DNA of 62,927 bases, the filler included, from Octopus bimaculoides (taxonomy: Eukaryota): NCBI RefSeq assembly GCF_001194135.2. It is 8 parts of 6 records of this genome, joined end to end, with 100 filler letters (N's around TTAATTAATTAA, not from the genome) between each part and the next. Parts side by side here need not be neighbours in the genome. Positions count along the whole stretch, not along the records: positions 42,186 to 52,992 come from NC_068986.1; positions 53,093 to 59,860 come from NC_068998.1; positions 59,961 to 62,927 come from NC_068986.1; 5 more parts are not named here. The stretch is one strand, 5' to 3'. This document shows, one piece after another, positions 50,484 to 62,927 of this stretch (the first letter of the stretch is position 1; the number at the start of each line of letters is the position of its first letter). Under the pieces are notes generated by a model. The model was given only the letters and a program-made list of their open reading frames with translations. It ran no database searches and was not told the origin of the DNA. A program made the translations under genes and the position numbers.

Positions 50484-52735
50484 TTATACATGAACCTCAG
50501 TCGTTTTGGTTTCATGGCGAACTCGTGCAATATTGTCATGCAGCTCCTTCTTGTTGTCCAAGTCGTTCAAAATGCTTTCCTCGAAGGAAATACGACCCAG
50601 TGAAGACAGCCGTTTTTGGGCCATTGTGCTTCTCAGATATGAGCGGATTCTATCCACCTTTGGGAAGCTTCTCTCATTAGCGACTGATGTTAAGGGGATG
50701 GTCAGCACTAGCTTAATTAGTTTAATGAATTCTGGTATAGCGGAAGTCAATTCCAATTTATACAGTAATTCTAAAATGGAATTGATTGACTTGCACTTTT
50801 TTGAAATCACTGGCAAAATATATATATATATATATATATANNNNNNNNNNNNNNNNNNNNNNNNNNNNNNNNNNNNNNNNNNNNNNNNNNNNNNNNNNNN
50901 NNNNNNNNNNNNNNNNNNNNNNNNNNNNNNNNNNNNNNNNNNNNNNNNNNNNNNNNNNNNNNNNNNNNNNNNNNNNNNNNNNNNNNNNNNNNNNNNNNNN
51001 NNTATTAGCTCGTTCACTAAGCTCTTACAGTCAACAATATATGGATACTAGTTTTCTAGAGAGTCTATATGTTGTATGGGAAACGAATTAGCAAACTCTT
51101 CAAACTTATTAATGTCTAGTAATTCAAAAAATGCATACTTCTGAATGCCAGAAAATCTCTGTCATAAGGACATTAGAATGTTATCAATTATTTCAAAATA
51201 AGTAGTTTTGTAATTAATTTGTGAACCTCTGACTCTTTATCTAGGAGGAGGATCGGACTCATCTGCCTATTCAATGACAGTAGCTGTATCGCGCAGAATG
51301 TTTTTATGTTAGTCTTTACGATAACCTTCAACACAATGAATGAAGTGATTTACTTTACTCTGACCATGCTTTATGTCGAGTAGCTTACACTGTAGGACAT
51401 CAAAGACATTTCCAGCCAGGGAAAGAATGTTATGAAAGCAATTGATAAAAATATGAATGTGAAATCATTCAATTTTGGCAATAGATTGTCTGTTTGACAT
51501 GTGTAGCTTCATCCCAAGAGCCTAGAATACTTGTGAAGGCATTTTTCAAGCTTTCATGCAATAGTTTTATGGATGACACAGTTCTTGATCTATAGCACCT
51601 TATTGTTTCGCACAGTGATGGAATACTGACATTAAATTGCTTGAAAACGTTTTTCTGCTCGGTACTGGAAGATGTAAATTTACTAAATGAGAAAAAAAAA
51701 ACAAAAACATTTTTACTCCACTTACCTTCTCGGCACTTTTACTCAAGACTAAGTTAAGTTTATGCGCACAGCAGTTAATGAAATGCGCATGTTTAAATCC
51801 TTTATCCTTAGCTTACTCTGTACTCCGTTTAACGTTCCTACCATTACCATTACAGCTGCTCCGTTGTAAGTCTGGCTCACTAATTTATCTGTAGCGTCAC
51901 TGAAGGAGTTCAACGCAGTTGCGATCACATCGGACAGTCGTGTAGCACTTTTATCATCACTGACTTCATAGAATCCAAGAAATCGTTAACATGTTTTGTT
52001 TTCATATACATATCTTATGATCGACAGTTGGGCATGCATTGCACAGTCTGTGGTTTCGTCGGCTTGTACAGATATAAGCGGAACTTTATCAATTTCGCTT
52101 TTAATTTCATCAGAGATGACATTTCCAATCGCTTGTATTAGGTAATTTCGTATTGTACTTGAGATTCATGAAAACTGTTTTGACCCTTCTTTAGTAGAAA
52201 GTCTAGAAGAAAACACTCTGTCAATTTCAGCAAAGGGTTGCAATAATTCACGGTAATTTCGTCTAAGGCTGTCACTTCCTTCATCATGTCCACGTAAAGG
52301 CAACTCTTGTTTACACAGGTATAACACTGCATTTGTTGGCTGCTTTAAATATTGTCTATTTTCTTCAGCTACTTTGCAATGCTGTTCTTTTTCCAGTTTA
52401 GCAGACACACTAGTAGCTGTCACAGACTCACTGATTTACTGTGATACTTACGGCCACTCAGGATGTTTTTATAACTGTTATAACCTCCATCTGTCCACGA
52501 CTGATTAGCTTTTGGCTGAAACAACAAACATGGCCAGCAGTTGAGTTTCTCTGTGCGCTACTTGCACAAAAACAATCAATCTGTTCATGCCATATCTGAA
52601 ATGTTCGAGTTCCAACTTTAGTTTTCAATAAAGTCGTTGGCCTACCTGCTCGAAGAATTTCACATTTTGCCGCAATATTCCTAGCCCAAAATGCCTTATT
52701 TTTTTAATATCATTTTTATATCTTTCTCCATTTCT
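50484..52735 (-). mobile_element. hAT transposase pseudogene (ZMYM1-like/DUF4371 type)
   Basis: N-terminal CWPCLLF...WTDGGY (TTF-type Zn finger), then LYLCKQELPLRGHDE...NYRELL, and C-terminal dimerisation domain LIKLVLTIPLTSVANERSFPKVDRIRSYLRSTMAQKRLSSL. Many stops and an N gap; TIRs not visible. Confidence 0.88.
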
Positions 52736-53132
52736 AAGTTAAGGGTAAGAATAAGGCAACCATGCAAAACACAACTGATCTTTACACACAGACGCACAGA
52801 ATAACAACAATCAAATAATGAAAGCGGAGTGCACAACAAACATCAGCGATCTGACTGTCGCCTGTACTCTTGACAAGACATGCCAGTTAGTCTTCTACAC
52901 CTACCAGGCTCGTTCGTATTAGCCCGAGTTTCCGGTTAATTTTTCGTTCCTTTAAGAATATTGTAGAACAGAAACTTTTCATAGATTGGAGTNNNNNNNN
53001 NNNNNNNNNNNNNNNNNNNNNNNNNNNNNNNNNNNNTTAATTAATTAANNNNNNNNNNNNNNNNNNNNNNNNNNNNNNNNNNNNNNNNNNNNATATATAT
53101 ATATATATATATATGCAGATAGATAGATAGAT

Positions 53133-53183
<51 letters not shown>

Positions 53184-56100
53184 GAGAAAGAGAGATAGAG
53201 AGTTAGAATGAAATATTTTGATAGATATAATAAAATAGTTTTACATGCCTACAACGAGAAGGCAGAGACAGACTGAATATTTCAACGTAAACATCATCTT
53301 TGTGCAGGTACCAAATGCCTGAGTGTGTTCCTATGAGTTCCTTATATCATGTTCAAGAATTATGAAGCAACAGATGTCTATGAACAATAACAGGTTGTAA
53401 TCATGTTGTAAATGCGATATTAAAAATGCGTTCTATGACCTTTTAATATGTCTTATTTATTAATCGGTAATACAGGCCATGTGATAGTGAGAAAAATACA
53501 CTATGATTTATGTAAGTAGCATATATTTATCGAAATGTATCTTTTGCATTGACATGTGTGAAAATATTTGTTTAGCGGTATTACATTTATGAGATTTCGT
53601 AGAAAGTAGTTCCATGAATATTCTAATAGCATATGTCAAAAAATAGTGAGAATGTAGTAAGCTGTTCCTAAGATTATGGGATAACAATGGCGACAATTCT
53701 TATACAAGCAAGAACACTGCTCAGAAACTAGAATTATACTTTCGTTCACATTATTAAGGAGCTCTAGTTCAGGCTATTTGGCAATGTTTCATGATTTTTT
53801 TCGAATTAGACCTTGCTTTTCGTCTTCTCTTCTCTGTGAATCCGTCTAAGCTAATGGGTTGTGTTGCTCAAGCAGAGATAGGAGTCTGTTTCGTAGATGT
53901 GGACAAATAGTGATTCTGTTCGAAGGGCCGCATTGGAAAACTCGGCAATATACCGATAAATGGGGAAAGCAAAAAAATATCCCACAACTGGCATGGATAC
54001 ATATAATACAATATTTAAAATGTGTGAAAAATATTGCATGTAAACAATGCGTGTATGCTTCGCAGTGCGTACATCACATATCGTCGTAAATGTTGGAAAT
54101 ATATTCAGTAAGATAAATTAGCGCAAAGCCATGTCGTGTGCAACAGCCTCATAATTCTGCGAAAATTTGCTGGTGACGCTGTTGGGGCAATAATTCTACA
54201 GGAATTAATATATGGTCGAATATTTTCTAGGACGTTTGAGGAGACAATTTGGCAGAAAGATCGTTGCTGCGTTGGTTACAACTTATTTGCTTTGACTGGG
54301 CGAGTTATGCTTTTGTAGATGTGGATGTCCTTAATGGCGAAACGAGTTGACATATCCAAGCTCGTCATTTATCGCAAGATAGTAGTATAACGAATTCGTT
54401 GTTTCGCATGCTAAGAAGAATCACTACAATGCTCACTTACTAATTTATTATAATACCGTATCTATTTATTCTTAATACATTTACATTCTTACAGTATCGA
54501 ACTTGAATATCTACCCGTCTTTGATTTTCCTCATTAGAGTATTCATCCTATCATTACTATATATATGTTGCTGCCAGAAAACGTCAGCGGAAACTACCTC
54601 CGCCGGATCTATGAATCTAACAATGGCATTAGCTTTCGTTGCTTTAGGTATGAGTGAACTATTTTGGGACCTTGATTTCTGCCATGAGGCAGGAAAGTAT
54701 ACTAGTCCTTATATATTTAATACTCTATATTTAATACTCAATATTTCATACTCAATATTTCATATATTCAATAAGACATTCAATACGTCATTTCATTTTA
54801 CTATTTATATTATATATTCCATATTCTATATCCCACTTTAATTTTATAAGAATATAAATAAAACACAAAAAACAGACAGAGCTGGAACTCTTTCAAATAA
54901 TATATTCCTCTATACACGATCGTACAAAACCCTTTTTTATATTTAAAATAAATTTTATTCATATATATGTATATATATATATATNNNNNNNNNNNNNNNN
55001 NNNNNNNNNNNNNNNNNNNNNNNNNNNNNNNNNNNNNNNNNNNNNNNNNNNNNTATATATATAAATGTATGTATGTGTGTAATACTGATTCACGGGATTC
55101 GAGAGAACTCCAAGAATTCATCCGTCCGGACACAAGAATATCGTCAGACTTTGAAAATCTTTTAGAAATTTATACTTTCATTTGAGGGAAAATATTTGGG
55201 CTTGCATCGGAAACCATAGTTTACGTGCTTGTGCCTGCCATCATAAGGGCACAAGTCGCCGTTGGACAGTAACTAATCGCATTAAAGATGAGAATTTGTG
55301 ATCGCACATTCGGCATCAATAAGAATTTTGCATTTGAGGCTCATCAATTATTTACATATATTTCACTTGCTTTTGCAAACAAAATGCTGGGCTATTTAGT
55401 TGTGTACATTTAGCGTGTTGTTTCTGTGATAATAATTAACACTTGCTGATCTTTGTGTGACCTGCGTGATGATCTAGGTATCATGATTATATGACTGGCA
55501 ATTCTGCAATTCAATTAGGCCACAGTAAATATCCAGTATAATAGTGGCGAATGTCATGAAAATTTTCAACAGAGCAATATAAAACGAAATGTCGCTCATC
55601 TGAAAATGGATACTGCGGCTTTGTGCATCATTGTGTTTTCTCCCAGAAGCGACCATTGCAGTTGAGTGATCCAGGTGAATAACGATAGAACCAATAACAT
55701 ACCATTTATGTAATTTTGGAAAGACCTTTCAATAGTTCTCGCGTCACCAAATGACTGGGGTTGCTGAGAGACCGAAAGCGAAACTTTTAGAGTTGAAAGA
55801 GTTGATCAATATCTTTTATTATCCCTTCCCCGCAAAGTTACAGCATGAAACAATACTTGTGGTGTGTAGAGCGAGGTGGAATTTGTATTGACATATGTTC
55901 ATTACTGGATCAAACCTTTTCTTATTTAGGAATAATTGTATCCCCGCCTTTATTAAATTTCCAATCCATTAACGTTATATCGTACGACAAAAATCTCACA
56001 CTGTTTTGGTTGTTAGTCTAGGCAGATTCAAGAGTGCCGAAATGGAGCTGACATAGCCGCATGTGTCTTGAACGTATTTTACAACAGATGGCGTATACTA

Positions 56101-57117
56101 TTTTGTTGTGTCAAGGGAGAGTCATGTTGTTTTTATGCCTTATTATCTAACACATTCACCGGTTCCTTTTGTATGCGCAGTAATAAAGACATGGAACGCA
56201 GCTCCGATTAAAGACTGAGTCAACAAGTATTGCGAAGGTTGCAAGAGGCAACGAAAACTCTAGAAGAAGCTAAAATCAATATGTAAATAAATTGAGTGGA
56301 AATCGAACCGGTGAGTGTGTTATTTAATAAGGTGTAAAAAGAAAATGATTCTCCTCAGACGTAACAACAAATTATGCTTCAACTCATGAATTCACATACA
56401 AAATCTTGGAAACCAGATTCAAATACGCACAATATACTTACATTTTAACTTATTATTTTTGTCTTAAACATGAGTATATCTGCAGTAAAGTTTGGTGGAT
56501 ATAATAATAATGATAATTTAGAGCTGGACCAACTTCGTAATATTAATATATCCAAAACTGTAATATGCAGCATCAGGCCATGTGTGAAATCCTACACAAT
56601 AAAACTGCATGAACGTTAAACAGGTACGACAGAATATGTCATGTCGTTTTAAGCATCCTGGTAGTATGTGAGAAAAATAAAAATTCAGAGTCGTAGACTA
56701 CATGATGAAGAGTGGGTATATGTTTAGGAGTTTGCTTGCTTTCGTACCATATAATTCCACCCTCGATTCTACGGCATAGCAACTTCAGCTTTTGTTTTTT
56801 CTACTAGAAGTTTTTATCGTGCAATTAATTATCAGAACTCAGTTAATGAGAAACAATAGTAAAAGGAGGCAAACAATACGTTAAGGAGCATACTTTCTTT
56901 ATTTGAAAAAGAATATTTTCGTCAGGGCCGCACAGTTGAATATGTTTTAGGAACCAGCCTGGAAAACGAAAATATATTTGTACAAGAATTTCGGTATTGA
57001 GTTGAAATGAAAATAAGTTTCTAATTACGAAATTTATATTACTGTTTAATCAATAAGATTCATTTTATTGCAAAATAATTGAGGTTCATAAACAAATTTT
57101 AATACTCCTCTCTACTA

Positions 57118-57326
57118 TAGGCACAACATCTCAATTATTGTGATAGTGGTGAGGATGAGGGTCAATCGATTACATTGATCCCCAGTGCTGTTCATGTTTT
57201 AACGACCTCGGAAGGATGAAAAGCAAATCAAACCGCGTCGGAAATTCAAGCTCAAAATGTAGCGATGGACGAATTGCTCCTGGGCAGTTTTCCTGTCGTG
57301 TTAATGACTCTGGCAGCTTGTTGCCT
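57118..57326 (-). mobile_element. SINE family B, diverged
   Basis: GTCAATCGATTACATTGATCCCCAGTG...GGAAGGATGAAAAGCAAATC...AATGACTCTGGCAGCTTG. Confidence 0.75.
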
Positions 57327-57954
57327 GAAAGGATTGTAATACTGATAATATAAATATAATTACAAATACACAGTATCAGGTATCATTCAAGCGCCACATT
57401 ATTTCTAGCCAGAAAACCCTATTTATCATAGTATTTTAGCAATATCCCATAGTATTGTACTGTATTTTACTGGCTGTTAACTAAATGAGTACTAAAATGA
57501 TACAAAAATCCTTACGTCATATCATTAACTATAGCAAAGTTTATGTTGTGGTGACAAACATTTTTAAGCTGATGAAACTATTCGAGTGTTAGTTACCTGG
57601 TGATACATGGTATTCTCTTGCAGAGAAACAGTGTTACAATTGAAGAATACGACAATGTATAAGCAAGATCATTATAGAAGCAGAACAGTATACGTTAAAG
57701 AAATACCGAACGGCATCCTGTTTAAAATTCACATTCATAGAAATTTTACTACGAAAAGTCGTAGTAAAATTTTGAAACCAATTGACACGAGACCGTATGT
57801 GGTATTATTCTCATTGCAATGTTCCTTTTGTGATGCTGCGAGATGATCTAAATTATATTACATACCTTAGTGACGTCTTATGCTGTGGTCGTCGTAAACT
57901 CCGATGTTTTGCGCTGGAAATGAATAAGTCATATATATATACACACACACACAC

Positions 57955-58097
<143 letters not shown>

Positions 58098-58343
58098 AGA
58101 GAGAGAGAGAGAGAGGGGAGAGAGAGAGAGAGGGGGAGAGATGTGTGTGTACTGTTCCCCTGTTAACAGTTAACACGGAAAAAATGGATAAATAGTTACC
58201 AGGGTAGTAAAAAATCACACAAATAAAAAGTTTGTAACTCCTTGTTTATAAAGGTAGAAACTCAGGGTTTACGTGAAATATTTAGTATAATATATATAAA
58301 TAAATAAATTGAATTAAATGCAGGTGTAATTCAAATTCTTTTA

Positions 58344-58430
58344 CTTCCGACACATGTTTCGAAGATATCCCTGGTATTATTCGAAAGGAAGAAAATAGTG
58401 TAAAGCAGTGTAATCTTCTCTTCAGGGAAA
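58344..58430 (-). ncRNA. Minimal type I hammerhead ribozyme (Penelope pLTR-associated)
   Basis: UUUCC-CUGAAGA-GAAGAU(46-nt loop)AUCUUC-GAAA-C-AUGU-G-UC^GGAAG. Core is complete, stem I is 5 bp, stem II is 6 bp, and stem III is minimal with the palindrome ACAUGU. Confidence 0.7.
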
Positions 58431-58748
58431 TGAAGAAATGAAACTCGTCAAGAAGACATCTTAACAGAAAATGATGGATATGTATTGTGATTAACTGAAC
58501 GCTATTACGTTTGTTTTATAAAAAACCGTTAGAGGATATAACGTGAAAGGTAGCCTATAGAAAGAGGAGGAATAAATGAAAGAAAAAATAAATAAATGAG
58601 AGGTATATAACGATATATATATAATAAATGAAACCCTATAGTCTTGGAAAAAGATATATCTAGTGAATGTGAAATGTAAGAAGAAAATTAATGTTTAAAC
58701 TATATATAATGATAGATATCACTTATATGAACTAAAGATGTGTTTCTG

Positions 58749-59100
58749 CTAATGTTTGCATCGGTATGCATGCTCTATAACCGTGTTTAGAAGGGGATTT
58801 ATAGATAAAAGAATAACAAATAATTCAAGATTACAGAAAAAATAGAATTCCTTGCCTTTATCATAAGGTATCGAAATAGAGAGAATAAACCAATCTAAAT
58901 TAAATTGTTCATTGTGGTCTTTCAGATACCAAATTAATTTACTAAGTCCTGTACTGTTTATTCGTGTTCTTAAATGTAGAGTAATTCTTATCCTTATATG
59001 TAGAGTAATGATAAGAAATTCTTTCAGATAACTGAGATGAGCTACGTATATAAAAAAAGTACTTAATTACCAGAAGTAATTTTATAAACCAGTGTAAAAT
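58749..59100 (-). mobile_element. Penelope-like GIY-YIG endonuclease C-terminal remnant
   Basis: LVYKIT...STGLSKLIWYLKDHNEQFNLDWFIL...PY...FCNLE...LN...CKH*. It lies upstream of the hammerhead on the same strand. Confidence 0.75.
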
Positions 59101-59239
59101 TGATGCTTCAAACGATTACTAACTTACATGCATGTATGAACGATATATTTCAGTTAGTTAAGAGCACAATGCACTAAGAATTAAGAGATAACATTATTGA
59201 AACAAATGCATTGCATTTACGTCACTAACAAAGACACAT

Positions 59240-59592
59240 ACATTGCTGTGTGATCAAGAAGCTCGTTTTCCAACCACGTGCAGAATCTCGTGGAAATATA
59301 TTTTGCTACAATCCCGGACTAACCGAGTCTTTTTAAGTGAATTTGATGAAGGGAAACTGTGTGGAGGCCCGTCAAGTATATGTGTGGGTGTTTGTATATT
59401 ATGCGCTTTTGCGTTTATTTTTGTCACCTACCATCGTTTGACATCAAGTGACTCTCTGTTTACCTCCTTGCAACATAGTGGCTCTGGAACAGAGACTGAT
59501 AGAATAAAATGAAATTTAAAGGGATTCGGCTAAACACTTCGTAGCAGTGCCCCAGAATGGCCGCTGTATAATCAATGGAGCATGTAAATGAC
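59240..59592 (+). mobile_element. SINE family A, full-length, old
   Basis: Head GCTGTGTGATCAAGAAGCTCGTTTTCCAACCAC, GGAAACTGTGTGGAGGCCCGTC, and 3' GTGCCCCAGAATGGCCGC. Confidence 0.7.
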
Positions 59593-59960
59593 ATGGATGC
59601 ATTGCAAAATACAAAAGAAACTTACGATCGCACAGCACAGCAAATTTGAGGTTGAAGTATTGAGAACAATCTTGACTATGAGCCATTAAGCAATTCTCCC
59701 AATAAACGTAACGCCTGCAACATAAATGAATAGATTTGTATTGTGTAGAAAATTCATTAACATTATTGCCATGATTTCTGTAGCCTACCTAACAGATTTT
59801 TTTTTTACCTCTAGTATGTTAATCCCATGCATATATATATCTATATATATATATATATATNNNNNNNNNNNNNNNNNNNNNNNNNNNNNNNNNNNNNNNN
59901 NNNNTTAATTAATTAANNNNNNNNNNNNNNNNNNNNNNNNNNNNNNNNNNNNNNNNNNNN

Positions 59961-60238
59961 TTTATTGAGCGAAAATACCTAAAGCTCCACGAGGTTCCGG
60001 CTGGGGATGGTGGTGAACCCTGCTGTACTCTTCCACCACAACTTTCTCTCACTCTTACTTCCTGTTTCTGTTGTGCCTGTAATTCAAAGGGCCAGCCTTG
60101 TCACACTCTGTGTCACGCTGAATATCCCCGAGAACTACGTTAAGGGTACACGTGTCTGTGGAGTGCTCAGCCACTTGCACGTTAATTTCTGATCGGATCA
60201 ACTGGAACCCTCGTCGTCGTAAGCGACGGAGTGCCAAC
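59961..60238 (-). mobile_element. Interspersed repeat family D, longer copy
   Basis: Matches 8815-8995. The minus strand ends in AATAAA at the gap edge. Confidence 0.85.
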
Positions 60239-60759
60239 ATAACATAAGATCTGTGTTTAAGACATCTGCGTCGGGTTTGCGTGTTTAAGGCCTTTGAGCT
60301 TCATATATGAATGTCTGAAGCTTCAACACACAGGGTTTACCCTACATGTTGAAGACGTATATATAGTCTCTCTGTGCTTGAGGCCTATATGTATAATACC
60401 TGTACGTATGTAGTGACATTTCTAAATTATACTGTGTATACGTATGTTAAACGTAACTGACGTAATGTATTAAAATATCCGAGTTTTCTAAAGAACGTAG
60501 CATTTACCAGTTCGCTTGTAAAAAATTGCGGCACATCTGTGTAACATATGATGCAAGAGAAAACTATGAACTATAATATAAGCTAAAGAATCGTTTAGAA
60601 ATGTATACCTTATGCGACATTAACACTGCTGAGAAATAAGCGATCTTAAAAAAGTCAGTAAAATCAAGAAAATATTTAAATACAAAATCGGAGATGATCA
60701 ATAAATGTTAACAAAATTAAGGTCGATACCAGTCAAGTACTAGGGTATATGTTATCGAC

Positions 60760-61725
60760 TAGTCCTCCCTTTAAAATTGCTGGCATTCCTTCACAGTCTC
60801 TTTCATCTTGTCTTTGTCACAAAATCGTTGTATCCGAAGACTGTCCTTCATTGAATAGTGAAAGCTGGAGGGCACCAGATCTGAGCTGTACTCGGATAGA
60901 GAAATCACTGACCGGCCCATTTTTGCCGATTGCCAGATTTATTGTCAGGGTTGCGTTTGATCACACATTGTTATGAAGTGTATGGATAGTTTTGAAATTC
61001 TTATTCGGCCTTTTCCTCCAAATGGCTTCTCTAAGCTTTTTGAGTATTTCAATGTACCACTCACCGTCCAAAGTACGAGCACGTTCAAGAAAAAGAAAAA
61101 AAAAGAAGGAAAATGATGCCCCCTACCGTCCTGCAAAAAGTGATCACGACTTTCAGTGATGATCGTTAGCGCTTGGAATTCTTAGGCTTTGGCGAAGAAA
61201 TGCGATGCCATTACATAAACTGAGCATTCGTTTCCATATCATAATAATACGGCCACGTTTCATCCCTTAGCAACAGATTCGTGAAAAAAACAAACCCTGT
61301 TTTCTTTGACTTCAAATGCTTCAAGCAGATAAGAACAGACTCCCATCTGCTTCTTCTTCAAATTGGGTGTTAACTACCGAGGTACCCATTTTACATACGT
61401 TTTCTGATATCCAAAGTTCCACCGTCTTCGATTATGATAAGAGCAAGTTCACAAATTGTGATTAGTCTGTTTGCGCGAAACAAATCGTCCGTTCGCATTG
61501 GTCACACCTCATGGCCTCCTTCCGCGTGATTTGACTTCAATGTCGGTTTTACCCCTCTTTAAACATCTTCATTCATCTTTGCACATTGATTTTGTTCGTG
61601 GTATCATTTTTGTTAGCAGCACGTAGCTATCTGTGCATATCAGATAATCCGCACCGCTCCTTCGTCAAGAACTCACTGTTGATATGTTGTCCCCGTTACA
61701 AATCCATTATTTGCCTGCAATGAAG
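60760..61725 (-). mobile_element. Mariner transposase pseudogene, same family as 6120-7420
   Basis: KWVPR*LT (WVPxxL), LLRDETW, YIEILKKLREAIWRKRPNK, and EYSSDLVPSSF (YSPDLAPSDF-like). Confidence 0.85.
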
Positions 61726-61849
61726 AACAGGAAGAAGATTGATTACTGAGAAGAAACTCTACTAATGTGTAATTTGAGTGACCTATGTCAGTTATTAAAA
61801 AGGTGTTGAGCCCATTTTCACAATACTACCGAGCCAATTCTCTTATACA

Positions 61850-62240
61850 CACATACATACATACATACATACATACATGTATACACAAACACACACAACG
61901 ACATACATACACGCATGCATTCATGCATTCATGCATGCAGTCATGCATACATACATACATCCATACATACATACATACACACATACATACACACACATAC
62001 ATACACACATAAATACATACATACATACATACATATATGTATACACAAACACACACAACGACATACATACACGCATGCATACATGCATGCAGTCATGCAT
62101 ACATACATACATACATACATACATATACACACACATACATACATACGTACATACGTACATACACGCATACATACACGCATACATACATACTCGCATACAT
62201 ACATACATACATACATATATACATACATACATACATACAA
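61850..62240. repeat. (TACA)n microsatellite with a 160-bp tandem duplication
   Basis: ATGTATACACAAACACACACAACGACATACATACACGCATGCAT occurs at 61877 and 62037. Confidence 0.9.
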
Positions 62241-62895
62241 AAATACCAAGTTGTTGATGTCAAGAAATCTTGAAATAAAACTGAATAATACACACACACA
62301 CGCACACACGCCCCCCCCCCACATATCTTACACACATACGTACACACATGTATATAAAGTATATATATATAGATAGATATAGATATAGTTACCAGGTGAG
62401 ATCTAGAGGTGTCTAAGATACAAAACACATAGTGCTCAAATTATTTGAATTTAGACGCCGAACACTTAGCGATGCAGATAAATATGATTAGGCTTCATAT
62501 ATATATAGATCTACATACATATACACATATATAGAGAAGTAAATGTAAAGATATGCAAGTTAGGCAGGTTAATATACAAAGTATATTAAATATATGGAAT
62601 ACATATATGAACTATACACACACAAACAGACACACACACACACAGACACATCCCGTCACATACAAATATATATTGAAAAAATGGAAGGGGTAAAGTGAAT
62701 TTGCCGTGAGGAGTAGAATGGCCAACGTTTCGGATTCAATCTTTCGTCAGGGGGAAGAGAAAAAGAGAAGAGATAAAAAGAAAAATGTCAGAGTTTACAT
62801 CCTCTCAACTGCGTAAGTATATATGCATGCATGTATGTATGTATGTATGTATGTGTGTATGTATGTATGTATGTATATATAAATATGTATGTATA

Positions 62896-62927
<32 letters not shown>

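Noticed and set aside
54130-54420. Minus-strand KDIHIYKSITRPV...QIVSSNVLENI, resembling a Jockey/RTE LINE C-terminus
   Set aside because: Only one short motif matches; too weak to call without a profile search.
55130-55800. Moderately complex sequence with short open frames (VFPKLHKWYVIG...; CPYDGRHKHVNY)
   Set aside because: No convincing hAT, Harbinger or host-protein motif in any frame.

Overview
Eukaryotic, AT-rich, repeat-saturated draft-assembly sequence with roughly 10% N gaps. The SINE families, microsatellite load and 100-bp gap spacers with a TTAATTAATTAA core suggest an octopus (coleoid cephalopod) scaffold; this is inference, not a database result. Most of the window is microsatellites, tRNA-type SINEs and decayed transposons: Tc1, mariner, maT/DD37D, hAT, Tx1/L1-like, RTE-like and R4/Dong-like LINEs, and Penelope-like elements. 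There is no prokaryotic system and no CRISPR array. Nearly all ORFs in the supplied track are microsatellite or N artefacts. One intact, high-complexity ORF stands out: 48080-48664 (-), 194 aa. It reads as an OTU (ovarian-tumour deubiquitinase) fold protein whose catalytic Cys and His positions are Ser and Lys, i.e. a candidate stand-alone pseudo-deubiquitinase. Upstream are a plausible 169-nt 5' intron, a perfect CRE palindrome and a CCAAT box. Other notable items are a core-intact minimal type I hammerhead ribozyme (58344-58430, -) downstream of a Penelope GIY-YIG remnant, and two long diverged foldback palindromes (37174-37753 and 42358-43335). Repeat boundaries are read by eye and are approximate (about +/-20 nt).
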